64,000 bases of DNA from Microcoleus sp. bin38.metabat.b11b12b14.051 (GCF_013299165.1 NZ_JAAFKD010000023.1:14949-78948); one strand, 5' to 3'; counted from the first letter of the stretch, positions 10,169 through 19,604 are shown. Notes: generated by a model not told the origin, from the sequence alone. Numbers and translations are program-made.

Positions 10169-11032
10169 ATGAAGAAGCAACAAAATAAATTCAGCCACCT
10201 GACGGCAATCGAAAGAATTTATCTGTCATTTCCGGCTAAGATTTTATTAGAACAAAACCTGCTACAAGGAAAAATATTAGACTTTGGGTGCGGCTTCGGG
10301 AATGATGTTAAACTGTTACAGCAAAAAGGTTTTGACATTGCGGGCTACGACTCTTATTATTTTCCAGAATTCCCCGAACAGCAATTCGATACTATTATTT
10401 GCTTTTATGTTTTAAATGTCTTGTTTCCAGAAGAGCAAGCGAATGTCCTGATGGAAGTTTCGCATTTGTTGAAACCCGGAGGTAAAGCGTATTTTGCAGT
10501 GAGAAGAGATATCAAGAAAGAAGGCTTCCGAGAACATTACGTCCACAAAAAACCTACCTATCAGTGCATTGTCAAACTTCCATTTAAGTCATTTCTGTTA
10601 AATGAGTCGTGCGAGATTTATGAGTATGTGCATTACAACTATCAAAGAAATTCTACAAATAATTGCATATTCTGCAATCCGCACCGCAAGCTAACTTTGC
10701 TCACCGAGTCAGCCACAGCCTATGCAATGTTTGACGGTTATCCCGCCAGCAAAGGTCATGTTTTAATTATCCCGAAGCGTCACACGGCAAATTATTTTGA
10801 ATTGCCATTTCGAGAACAATCGGCTTGCTGGTTTATGGCTAACAAAGTACAACAAATGTTAATTAAAGAGTTTCAGCCTGATGGTTTTAATGTCGGAATT
10901 AATATTGATAAACAGGCTGGTCAAAGTCGCAGTCACGCTGCTATTCATATTATCCCACGTTACAAGGGTGATGCGACTGGAAATAAAGGCGGTATTAGAT
11001 ATGTGATTCCTCAAGTTCAAAATAAAAGTTAG
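10169..11032 (+). CDS. Class I SAM methyltransferase-HIT fusion protein
   Basis: ILDFGCGFG motif I; then CIFC...YPASKGHVLIIPKRH...GFNVGIN...HAAIHIIPR. The ATG at 10169 is preferred because the upstream TTG lies inside a repeat. Confidence 0.85.
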   Translation: MKKQQNKFSHLTAIERIYLSFPAKILLEQNLLQGKILDFGCGFGNDVKLLQQKGFDIAGYDSYYFPEFPEQQFDTIICFYVLNVLFPEEQANVLMEVSHLLKPGGKAYFAVRRDIKKEGFREHYVHKKPTYQCIVKLPFKSFLLNESCEIYEYVHYNYQRNSTNNCIFCNPHRKLTLLTESATAYAMFDGYPASKGHVLIIPKRHTANYFELPFREQSACWFMANKVQQMLIKEFQPDGFNVGINIDKQAGQSRSHAAIHIIPRYKGDATGNKGGIRYVIPQVQNKS

Positions 11033-11044
11033 CAATTTATAAAA

Positions 11045-11170
11045 CAATACGGTTCACTTAAGAAGATAATTGCTCGGCGCGCACCTGACTTAACTGATAA
11101 GTGTCATAGTCTCTGCGATTGCTTCGCTAAGAGCTCGCAATGACAAAAAAACGTTAAGTGAACCGTATTG
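11045..11170. mobile_element. 126-bp MITE, inverted copy of the 8228 element, with 10-bp TSD
   Basis: CAATACGGTTCACTTAA...TTAAGTGAACCGTATTG; ATTTATAAAA repeated at 11035-11044 and 11171-11180; interior is the reverse complement of 8228-8349. Confidence 0.88.
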
Positions 11171-11471
11171 ATTTATAAAATACTTTTTTTTACCGCAGAG
11201 GCGCAGAGTACGCGGAGGAATAGAGAAGAGAGAGATTGATAATTTTTTTTAACTATTATTATACAGGAATTAGGCGCTGCGAATAAAGAAACCGGGTTTT
11301 TATTAATGCTGGGCTGGGACGAATGATTCTCGCAAAAAAACCCGGTTTCTCGATACCCGTGGTAATTTTTGTAAGGATTGTTATATTTGAGTCAAACGGT
11401 GAGCAAAATAGAGTTAAAATATATTTGCCAAGTCTCAAACTACACATTAGCAGTAATTTGGTGTTCTGTTT

Positions 11472-12041
11472 ATGTCCAAGCGCAAAAAGCAAGAATGGCT
11501 CAAGGAAACTCTAGAGCTTAAAGAAGACCATAATTGGAAGTCCAAGCCCGGAACTCGCATCTTTGTCGCAGGAAGAGGTGCAGTTCGCTTTGATGTCCCC
11601 CAAGATTGGCATTTTGAACCTGATACTAAGTCGTTCCGGTTTACGGATAAGAAACCGCCGGATGATGATTGTTGTTTGGAGGTTTCGTTTAATTTGTTAC
11701 CTCCGGGAAATTGGGGAGAATTTCCGCTAGTGCCACTTTTACAGAAGATAGTAGAAGATGATACCAGAAATCCGATCGACCCTGGAGAAATCATTCAATT
11801 GAAGCGGCAAACTGCTCGGATTGTTTGGACTGAATTTAAGTTTATTGACCCTCCAGAACAGCGGGAAGCTTATTCGCGGATTTGTATCGGGCTGGGTTCT
11901 AATGTTCAGTGTTTGATTACTTTTGACTACTGGGTTGATGATGCGAAACATTTGACTCCTGTCTGGGATACGGTGATGGAATCGTTGGTTTTAGGTTTGT
12001 TTATTAGTGACCCTCGGACGGGTTTCGCACGTCCAGATTAG
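11472..12041 (+). CDS. Hypothetical protein (possible PsbP/Mog1/DcrB-like fold)
   Basis: 189-aa ORF; RFDVPQDW start and alternating beta pattern; 11 bp upstream of the DUF262 gene. Confidence 0.6.
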   Translation: MSKRKKQEWLKETLELKEDHNWKSKPGTRIFVAGRGAVRFDVPQDWHFEPDTKSFRFTDKKPPDDDCCLEVSFNLLPPGNWGEFPLVPLLQKIVEDDTRNPIDPGEIIQLKRQTARIVWTEFKFIDPPEQREAYSRICIGLGSNVQCLITFDYWVDDAKHLTPVWDTVMESLVLGLFISDPRTGFARPD

Positions 12042-12052
12042 GTTTTGGGGAA

Positions 12053-13372
12053 ATGCCAAGTATCAGGACTAGATATCGAGAGATCGATCGCTCTTTTTGG
12101 CGTTTGAGGGCGATCGCTGGCTTGCTAGATTGGAGTTGCATGGCTAGTCCTGAAAATGCTATCATAATTAACAAGTTGTGCTTAGGGATAATCGAAAAAA
12201 TGCAGCTAGCACCAGTTGAAGAAAAAATGTGGGAAAGTTTGCCAGAAAACACACCTGATCGAATGTTCGATCGTGATATCCACCTGCGTTATGACTTCAA
12301 AGAAACACCAATAGTTACCGAAATTAACCGCGAAAAGCTTCCCCGGTTGCTTGAATATTTAAGAGTGTCTGATTATGTAGAAAGGCGATCGAGCTACCAA
12401 AGAAGGGGTTGTTGGACTGAGACGATGAAATCTAGATTGATTGAGTCATTTATCCTCAATATCCCCGTTCCTTCAATAGTTTTATACAAACAAGATTCCC
12501 AACATTATGAAGTCTTGGATGGACAGCAACGCATCTGGGCCATTCAAGAGTTTTATAGAAACAAGCTCGAACTGACAGGGCTAGAAATTTTGCCTGAATT
12601 TAACGGACATACCTACAAAAAACTCCCTCAAAAAATTAGGGCTACTATCGATCGACGCTCCATATCATCAGTAGCAATTCTTGCCGAACTAACTTCCAAT
12701 TCTGAAGAAGCTAACTTCCTCAAACAGAAAGTCTTTGAACGTCTGAATACAGGAAGAGTAGAGTTCAGCCAGCAAGAAGTAAGAAACTGTTTGTATGGCG
12801 GACTGTTTAATGAACTGTTGCTAAAATTGGCGCGTCATCCTATATTTGCTCAAGCTTGGGGAATTCCGACAGATGATAATAGTGCCGGATTAGAGGAAAA
12901 TAACCTTTATCAAAAACTGGAAGATGCTGAGTTAGTGCTGCGTTTTTTTGCTCTGAGAAATATCGAGTATTTTCGTCTCAATCTGGAAGATTTTTTAGAT
13001 TTGTACATGATAAAAAGCTTGAATTTTAATGAGGCAGATATCAATTACTTGGAACAGCTTTTTATCAAAACTATCGAAATAGCTCACCAAATTTACGGAC
13101 AGCATTTATTCAAACCATTTGACCATCAATTTCAAAATTGGTCTAAAAAGTCCGAGCGAGTATATTATGATGCAATTATGGTTGTTTTGAGTCGGCACTT
13201 GCCAGATACAACAAAAATAATTGCTAAAAAAGATCGGATTTTTGAAGAAACAAAAAAGCTATTTAATAAGCCGGAATCTCGTCTTTTGACAGGAGGTGGA
13301 ACAACCAAGGCAGAAATTCAGAATCGGATCAGCATATTTAACGAAATGCTTTCGCAAGTTATCGGAGAGTAA
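12053..13372 (+). CDS. DUF262 (ParB-like/GmrSD N-terminal) domain protein
   Basis: YQRRGCW...KSRLIESFILNIPVPSI...YEVLDGQQR...VFERLNTG. Confidence 0.88.
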   Translation: MPSIRTRYREIDRSFWRLRAIAGLLDWSCMASPENAIIINKLCLGIIEKMQLAPVEEKMWESLPENTPDRMFDRDIHLRYDFKETPIVTEINREKLPRLLEYLRVSDYVERRSSYQRRGCWTETMKSRLIESFILNIPVPSIVLYKQDSQHYEVLDGQQRIWAIQEFYRNKLELTGLEILPEFNGHTYKKLPQKIRATIDRRSISSVAILAELTSNSEEANFLKQKVFERLNTGRVEFSQQEVRNCLYGGLFNELLLKLARHPIFAQAWGIPTDDNSAGLEENNLYQKLEDAELVLRFFALRNIEYFRLNLEDFLDLYMIKSLNFNEADINYLEQLFIKTIEIAHQIYGQHLFKPFDHQFQNWSKKSERVYYDAIMVVLSRHLPDTTKIIAKKDRIFEETKKLFNKPESRLLTGGGTTKAEIQNRISIFNEMLSQVIGE

Positions 13373-13378
13373 CTTGCT

Positions 13379-14440
13379 ATGTTTGAGGAGATTCTTGAGA
13401 AAGCCAGTGTCAAAATTTCAACTGTTCGTGCGATCGTCAAAACGAACGATCGACTTAGAAAAATTGTATTTCAAGATAGTTCCAATATAAAACAGTTGAC
13501 AGAAAATCCTGAAACTGCGCCATTAATAGAAGAAATACCTAGCAAATGGGAATGGGAAATTTACGATCGTTCTGCTGTGGTAACTAGACTGTATGCTATC
13601 TACGAGCGCTTCGTTAAGGATTTAATTTCGGATTGGCTGCGACGTATGCCGGATTTGGTTCCGCGCTATTCAGACTTGGAAGAAAAAATCCAAAATACCC
13701 ACCGAGAGGGTATAGGACGTTTGTTGATTGACATCAAAAAAAATAGGTTTCAACACCTTTCGGTTGAGAAAGTAGTGCAAGGATTATCCTGTGGGATTAC
13801 TGATACTGGGAAATACGAATTACTTCCTGATGCTTTCCTATTACATGAGCAAAATTTACGCAAGGAAGTGTTAGAAACAGTCTTGAAAAATGCTGGTATT
13901 GATGAGGCATGGAGATGGATAATCAATCACAAAGAAATTAAATATTTTTTAGAGGAGGTTCGTGGTAGTCAAAACACGGCAGAAGGAGAACTCAAACAAC
14001 TGGTTGACTATCGGAATGAAGCAGCCCACGGATCGACAGACCAGATTTTGGGAACTCAAGAACTATTGGACTTAGGTGATTTTGTGGAGGCTTTATGTAA
14101 ATCCCTTGCTGATTTAGTCACTTACAATATAATTGTACATCAGAAAAATATAGGCAGGGTAAGTGAGATTGGAAAAATTACTGAGTGGTTCAAAAATCCA
14201 CAAGCAGGCGTAGCAAAAGTCAAGGAAGTTACATTAACTGTAGGAGAAGATGTTTATCTAGTTTTAGTTAATGATAAATTGTCTTACTGTTACTCTGTCA
14301 AAATTGAGAGCATTCAGCTTAATAATATTTCCCATAATTGTGTAGCAATAACCTCGGAAGCAGAAGTAGGGTTAAAGTTCGATCGCGATGCCAGAGTTGA
14401 TTTGACTATTTATGTAACTACATCCGATCGAGTTGACTGA
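13379..14440 (+). CDS. HEPN RNase (MAE_28990/RiboL-PSP-like) with extra C-terminal beta-barrel
   Basis: AVVTRLYAIYERFV helix; Rx4H motif in YRNEAAHG; about 100-aa C-terminal all-beta extension. Confidence 0.8.
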   Translation: MFEEILEKASVKISTVRAIVKTNDRLRKIVFQDSSNIKQLTENPETAPLIEEIPSKWEWEIYDRSAVVTRLYAIYERFVKDLISDWLRRMPDLVPRYSDLEEKIQNTHREGIGRLLIDIKKNRFQHLSVEKVVQGLSCGITDTGKYELLPDAFLLHEQNLRKEVLETVLKNAGIDEAWRWIINHKEIKYFLEEVRGSQNTAEGELKQLVDYRNEAAHGSTDQILGTQELLDLGDFVEALCKSLADLVTYNIIVHQKNIGRVSEIGKITEWFKNPQAGVAKVKEVTLTVGEDVYLVLVNDKLSYCYSVKIESIQLNNISHNCVAITSEAEVGLKFDRDARVDLTIYVTTSDRVD

Positions 14441-14542
14441 ATCTTTCGTAGCTATGAAGGACGCTCGCCATTCCCCGCAAAATACTAACACAAGTGCCCT
14501 ACAATAATCCCACCATCCGGCATCAACCCACCTGCTAACGCC

Positions 14543-16054
14543 ATGCTTTGCGATTACCTAGTACAAATCCTCACCGCCCGCGTCTACGATGTTGCTCAAG
14601 AATCCCCCCTAGAAGTCGCACCAAATCTATCAGAGCGGCTCAACAATAAACTGCTGCTGAAACGAGAGGATATGCAGTCTGTGTTTTCCTTCAAACTGCG
14701 GGGCGCGTACAACAAAATGGCGCAACTGTCGCCGGATTTGCTAGCACAAGGTGCGATCGCAGCTTCCGCCGGTAATCACGCCCAAGGAGTCGCCCTCGCT
14801 GCTCGCCAACTGGGAACTCGCGCGATTATCGTCATGCCCGTAACGACGCCGCAGGTGAAGGTAAATGCGGTAATAGCCCGTGGTGGAGAGGTAGTTTTGC
14901 ATGGGGATACTTACGACGATGCTTACGCTTTTGCGCGCCAATTAGAGGCGGAAAAAGGGATGACTTTTATTCATCCTTTTGACGATCCCCACGTGATTGC
15001 GGGACAGGGTACGATCGGCATGGAAATCCTGCGGCAACATCAAAAACCGATTCACGCGATTTTTGTGGCAATTGGTGGCGGTGGATTGATTTCGGGAATT
15101 GCAGCCTATGTCAAGCGCTTGCGCCCGGAAATTAAGATTATCGGCGTCGAACCTGTGGATTCCGATGCGATGAATCAATCGCTGAAAGCTGGTAAACGAG
15201 TGCGTTTGTCGCAGGTGGGTTTGTTTGCTGATGGCGTGGCGGTGCGGGAAGTTGGCGAGGAAACTTTTCGGCTGTGTCAGGAGTATGTGGACGAGATTAT
15301 TTTGGTGGATACGGATGATATCTGTGCCGCGATTAAGGATGTTTTTGAGGATACGCGATCGATCTTAGAACCGGCTGGCGCTTTGGCGATCGCAGGTGCG
15401 AAGGCTTATGTGGAAAGGGAACAAATCGCAGGAGAAACATTAATTGCGGTGGCTTGCGGCGCGAACATGAATTTCGATCGCCTGCGTTTTGTAGCAGAAA
15501 GGGCCGAGTTTGGTGAACGTCGCGAAGCGATTTTTGCAGTGACAATTCCCGAACAGCCGGGAAGTCTCCGCAGGTTTTGCGAATGTTTGGGTAAGCGCAA
15601 TTTAACTGAATTTAGCTATCGAATTGCGGATGAAACAGCAGCACATATTTTTATCGGCGTGCAAATTCAAAACCGCGCTGATGCAGTGAAGATTGCGGCA
15701 AGTTTTGAAGATTGTGGCTTTAAAACCTTGGATTTAACTGATGATGAATTAACGAAATTGCACTTGCGGCACATGGTTGGTGGCCGTTCTATGCTAGCAA
15801 ATCACGAACTGTTTTATCGCTTTGAATTTCCCGAACGTCCGGGTGCGTTGATGAAGTTTGTGGGTTCGATGAGTCCTAATTGGAATATCAGCGTTTTTCA
15901 CTATCGGAATAATGGGGCTGATTACGGGCGAATTGTGGTGGGAATTCAAGTACCGCCGGATGAGATGCAGGAATGGCAGGCTTTTCTTGATACGTTGGGC
16001 TATCAGTATGGGGATGAGAGTCAGAATCCGGCGTATAAGCTGTTTTTGGCGTAG
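14543..16054 (+). CDS. ilvA: Threonine ammonia-lyase, biosynthetic
   Basis: KREDMQSVFSFKLRGAYN, ASAGNHAQGVA, two C-terminal regulatory (ACT-like) repeats. Confidence 0.97.
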   Translation: MLCDYLVQILTARVYDVAQESPLEVAPNLSERLNNKLLLKREDMQSVFSFKLRGAYNKMAQLSPDLLAQGAIAASAGNHAQGVALAARQLGTRAIIVMPVTTPQVKVNAVIARGGEVVLHGDTYDDAYAFARQLEAEKGMTFIHPFDDPHVIAGQGTIGMEILRQHQKPIHAIFVAIGGGGLISGIAAYVKRLRPEIKIIGVEPVDSDAMNQSLKAGKRVRLSQVGLFADGVAVREVGEETFRLCQEYVDEIILVDTDDICAAIKDVFEDTRSILEPAGALAIAGAKAYVEREQIAGETLIAVACGANMNFDRLRFVAERAEFGERREAIFAVTIPEQPGSLRRFCECLGKRNLTEFSYRIADETAAHIFIGVQIQNRADAVKIAASFEDCGFKTLDLTDDELTKLHLRHMVGGRSMLANHELFYRFEFPERPGALMKFVGSMSPNWNISVFHYRNNGADYGRIVVGIQVPPDEMQEWQAFLDTLGYQYGDESQNPAYKLFLA

Positions 16055-16112
16055 GTTTTGGGGTGGTTTTTTGGGGAAAGGGCGATCGCAAGTTTGTCAA
16101 TTTTTCCTGGTT

Positions 16113-16964
16113 CTAAATTCTAGGCGATCGCAAATTCCTGATTTCTTCGATGCTGAGTCCGGTTGTTTGACTGATGGTTTCGTCATCCAGGCGATCGAGT
16201 AACTGCTGTGCGATCGCCAGTTTTTCTTCTTTTCGAGCTTCTTTTCTAGCTTGTTTCTCAGCATAGATTATAACTCCTTGTTGGTCATAAATAAACATTT
16301 CTTGCCGTTCGATAGCGTCCAGTTCTTCAGGATTTAAATTAACTTGATTTGCTATATCAAAGGCTTGATGAATCTCTGGAATAATATCCATTGTTGGTGG
16401 AACTTGTGTCAGCGTGTTAGCATATTTCATGAAATAAATCCATTTATCCACCAGGGTTTCTAGCTGTGATAATTCCTTGGTAAATTTCGGAAGTTCGATA
16501 AACACTAACTCCATGTTATTGTCGGTATATCTCAGATTAGTCGTTTCTTCTTTATAAACAAACCTAGAAATTACCCGATCGCTATTTGTAAACATCTCGA
16601 AATCTGTCAGTGTCAGTGCAATCACAGGTTGCAGCATTCCGTAGCCTTGTCCTTTCTGTAATTGAGAAACATAAGTTTTTGCAGCATTGTACAAAACTCT
16701 CTTACCAAAAGACTCTACATTTAATACCTGCATTTCAATAATGACTAGAGTACCATCGGCGAGTCGGGCTTTGACATCTAAGTAAGTATCTTTTAAGCCT
16801 GAAATCTTGGGCGGTAAATTAGGATTAATAATTTCTAAGTCTTCTATGGTAGGATTGCCATCGTAAATCATGGCGTTGAGAAAGCTGATGAGTATGCCTT
16901 TGTTATCTAGGGAACCAAAGATTTTTTTGAAGGCGTAGTCGGTTTTGGGGTTGATGAATGTCAT
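16113..16964 (-). CDS. Rpn family PD-(D/E)xK nuclease (PDDEXK_2)
   Basis: FINPKTDYAFKKIFGS, LDVKA...IIEMQV, FIELPKF, DKWIYF; C-terminal ISQTTGLSIEEI. Confidence 0.9.
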   Translation of the reverse strand: MTFINPKTDYAFKKIFGSLDNKGILISFLNAMIYDGNPTIEDLEIINPNLPPKISGLKDTYLDVKARLADGTLVIIEMQVLNVESFGKRVLYNAAKTYVSQLQKGQGYGMLQPVIALTLTDFEMFTNSDRVISRFVYKEETTNLRYTDNNMELVFIELPKFTKELSQLETLVDKWIYFMKYANTLTQVPPTMDIIPEIHQAFDIANQVNLNPEELDAIERQEMFIYDQQGVIIYAEKQARKEARKEEKLAIAQQLLDRLDDETISQTTGLSIEEIRNLRSPRI

Positions 16965-17148
16965 GGTTGGAATCGGGAATAACGATCGCTATTTCGATTG
17001 TATCATTAGGGTGTGGAACTTGACGTGCGATCGCCCGTCGGTGCCGAGATTTTTAAGATGAGACCTGTTTTTAGGCTAAGGTTTTTGGGGAGAGGAGGAT
17101 AAAGTGCGATCGATAGTATAATAAAGTTGACAGTTATAAAAGAGAAAA

Positions 17149-17565
17149 ATGGCAGCACGCGATCGCTTTCATGAAGCAGTTAAGCTTGCCCTTCTGAAGG
17201 AAAATTGGGTGATTACCGACGATCCGCTGAGGCTAGAAGCGGGTGGAGCAAAATTTGAGATTGATTTGGGTGCAGAGCGTTTACTGGCGGCAGAACGAGC
17301 CGGAGAGAAAATCGCTGTCGAAATCAAAACATTTTTGGGTGATTCGCCGATTACAGATTATCATGCAGCCTTGGGACAGTTTCTGAATTATCGTCTTGCA
17401 TTAGAACTCAATGAACCAGATCGGAGGCTCTATTTAGCTGTTCCGGTCATAGTCCATGAAGCTTTTTTTCAGCGGGAGTTTTTGCAAATTTCGGTAGAGC
17501 GGCATCAAGTTAGTCGTATTGTTTACGATCCAGTAAATGAGGTGATTGTGCAATGGATAAACTAG
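17149..17565 (+). CDS. xisH: XisH family protein
   Basis: MAARDRFHEAVKLALLKENWVITDDPL...IDLGAERLLAAE...IAVEIKTF...ALGQFLNYR. Confidence 0.93.
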   Translation: MAARDRFHEAVKLALLKENWVITDDPLRLEAGGAKFEIDLGAERLLAAERAGEKIAVEIKTFLGDSPITDYHAALGQFLNYRLALELNEPDRRLYLAVPVIVHEAFFQREFLQISVERHQVSRIVYDPVNEVIVQWIN

Positions 17566-17888
17566 AGTTGTATCGTCAGTCAATTCAAGCACTATTGACA
17601 GAATATGTGACCACTCCTATCTCTAATGGTGCGATCAAATCGCAAACAATTTTTGATACGCAGCAAGATCGTTATCAGGTGATGAATGTTGGGTGGAATG
17701 GGCATCGGCGGGTGCATGGGTGCGTGCTGCATTTAGATATTCAGGATGGCAAAATTTGGGTGGAGCAAAATACAACGGAGATGCACGTCGCCCATGAGTT
17801 GGTGGCAATGGGTGTGGCGAAGGAGGATATTATCTTGGGCTTTCAAGCGCCTTATATGCGCGAGTACACGGGGTTTGGGGTTGCTTAG
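17553..17888 (+). CDS. xisI: XisI family protein
   Basis: MDKLELYRQSIQ...WNGHRRVHGCVLHLDIQDGKIWVEQN; overlaps the xisH stop. Confidence 0.93.
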   Translation: MDKLELYRQSIQALLTEYVTTPISNGAIKSQTIFDTQQDRYQVMNVGWNGHRRVHGCVLHLDIQDGKIWVEQNTTEMHVAHELVAMGVAKEDIILGFQAPYMREYTGFGVA

Positions 17889-17892
17889 TCTA

Positions 17893-17931
17893 CGGGCGAT
17901 CGCACTTAGTTTTTGTTCGTAAGGGCGATCG
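17893..17931. repeat. 39-bp direct repeat, left copy (contains HIP1)
   Basis: CGGGCGATCGCACTTAGTTTTTGTTCGTAAGGGCGATCG, identical to 19074-19112. Confidence 0.9.
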
Positions 17932-17982
17932 GGCTTCGCAGTGATAAACTATTTGCTTTTAGCTTCTGATTAGATCAATACG

Positions 17983-18837
17983 CTAATTTTCCAGGGTATA
18001 AACATAGTCACCATTGTTAGATTTATCAGGCATACTAAATTCGAGTTTGTATCCTGAAGCACCTTTGACATCAATTTTTTCCTTCAATGCTTGACCGCGA
18101 CTCACATTAATACTCTTTCGTAAATTTCCGTCAACGTAGACTTTAACTAATATACGATTCAATACCGAATCGTCAGGCAAGCCATATGCTATTAAAAGGT
18201 TGCCAGAGTTTTGTTGAATTTTACACACAAGCGACTTAGTAACATCTTTGTTAACAAAGAATCTCGACAAAGGTTGTTCGGCTTTATTTGCAACAGAAAT
18301 TATATCTTTGTATTCGCCATCGGGATAAAAAATAAATGGTTTACACTCAACTTCTAGCTTCACTGAAGGAGGAGAGAATGGAGTGAGTGAAACTTCCGTA
18401 GCAGCAGGGGTTGGAACAGAAGTTGGTTGACTAGGAGATGTTTGTGATGTTAATGATGATGTCTTTTTTAACATATATGTCCTTGTCAAAATGGGATCTT
18501 TTTTTAGATCAATTACATAACTATTTGTTGTAAATCCCTCTTTTCTTAGCGTGACTTGTACATCTGTCGTGGTAGGTATTTTGATTTTAGCGTAACCATT
18601 AGAATCTGTGAATATTGTCCCTGGTGGCCCCTGTGATTTGAATTCAACATTAACATCTAAAAGAGGTTCTTTAGAGTCAGTCTGAACTGTGAGTTCAACT
18701 TCTTTCATCTCAGAATCGTTAGAAGACTGATTAGTTTCAAGTCCGAAAACCTTACGAACTTCGGGAGTCGTCACAGATGCTCCAAGAGCTATAATTGAGA
18801 TTAAAATACCGATGTAAATAGTCCACTTTGAGTTCAT
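17983..18837 (-). CDS. Membrane-anchored/secreted protein: carboxypeptidase-regulatory-like domain, S/T/P linker, NPCBM-like C-terminal domain
   Basis: N-terminal TM; TDSNGYAKI...VTLRKEGF; C-terminal VKVYVDGNLRKSINVSRGQALKEKIDVKGASGYKLEF; AT-rich. Confidence 0.6.
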   Translation of the reverse strand: MNSKWTIYIGILISIIALGASVTTPEVRKVFGLETNQSSNDSEMKEVELTVQTDSKEPLLDVNVEFKSQGPPGTIFTDSNGYAKIKIPTTTDVQVTLRKEGFTTNSYVIDLKKDPILTRTYMLKKTSSLTSQTSPSQPTSVPTPAATEVSLTPFSPPSVKLEVECKPFIFYPDGEYKDIISVANKAEQPLSRFFVNKDVTKSLVCKIQQNSGNLLIAYGLPDDSVLNRILVKVYVDGNLRKSINVSRGQALKEKIDVKGASGYKLEFSMPDKSNNGDYVYTLEN

Positions 18838-19073
18838 AGATTTACTTCCTTATAACTAATTTTTTATCCTGCGTTAAATATACATACATTGGCGCAAACT
18901 GCGTTTCCGAATTTTTTGAGAATTAATTTCTGATACAGGAAAGTCATTCTGGGTGATGCAGTGACAACAACATGAAAGCCTAGCTAGCAAAGGGTTTAAG
19001 CTGATCGTTTTAAAAAATATAGAGGTTGGCGATCGCTACTTTTTCGGGTTTAGACGATGGAAAGTGAGGCTGG

Positions 19074-19112
19074 CGGGCGATCGCACTTAGTTTTTGTTCG
19101 TAAGGGCGATCG
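19074..19112. repeat. 39-bp direct repeat, right copy (contains HIP1)
   Basis: Identical to 17893-17931. Confidence 0.9.
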
Positions 19113-19130
19113 CTCTTTGCATACCAGGAA

Positions 19131-19487
19131 CTATTCTGGTTTTATCCAACCTTTGACGATCGCCTTGCCAACATTGACATACGGATTGGCTAAGAACTCT
19201 TCGATCGCAGCTTCACCTCCAGCCTGCAACGCACCAACCGCACGACGCTTGAAACTGGGGGTAGTTTCATCATTAACGTAAATAATTTTGTCATCCTCAG
19301 TAGCAGTTGGATTAGTTTCCTCTAACTGTTTGAGAAGTTTTTGAATCTCAGCAGCCGCTTCTGCAAGAGTTTTCTTTTCTTCAGGTACACATTTACCTCT
19401 TACTTCATTACCATCTCCTTGAATGAAGGTGCCATCAAAATTACTTTCCTTGAAATTTGCAGAATAATTTACCACTGTTAATACCAT
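19131..19487 (-). CDS. Small helical protein matching a common cyanobacterial C-terminal module
   Basis: KTLAEAAAEIQKLLKQLEETNP...GGEAAIEEFLANPYVNVGKAIVKGW. Confidence 0.65.
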   Translation of the reverse strand: MVLTVVNYSANFKESNFDGTFIQGDGNEVRGKCVPEEKKTLAEAAAEIQKLLKQLEETNPTATEDDKIIYVNDETTPSFKRRAVGALQAGGEAAIEEFLANPYVNVGKAIVKGWIKPE

Positions 19488-19604
19488 CCTTGCTTACTGA
19501 TGTTTACTTTTATTATGATGTTCTATTCACATCAAAATGAAACCTAGCATTTTTCTAAAATTGTCCTTTGTCAATTTTCACTTTTTTGACTAAATTATTC
19601 AATT

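Noticed and set aside
8228-11170. Composite transposon or already-inverted segment between the two MITEs
   Set aside because: Each MITE keeps its own matching TSD on both sides, which indicates separate insertions without recombination between them.
16113-16320. Intragenic small antitoxin (RpnS-type) inside the Rpn gene
   Set aside because: The only strong SD-ATG pair (AAGGAG-N9-ATG) is out of frame, and the in-frame ATG has no convincing SD; this is unsupported without Ribo-seq.
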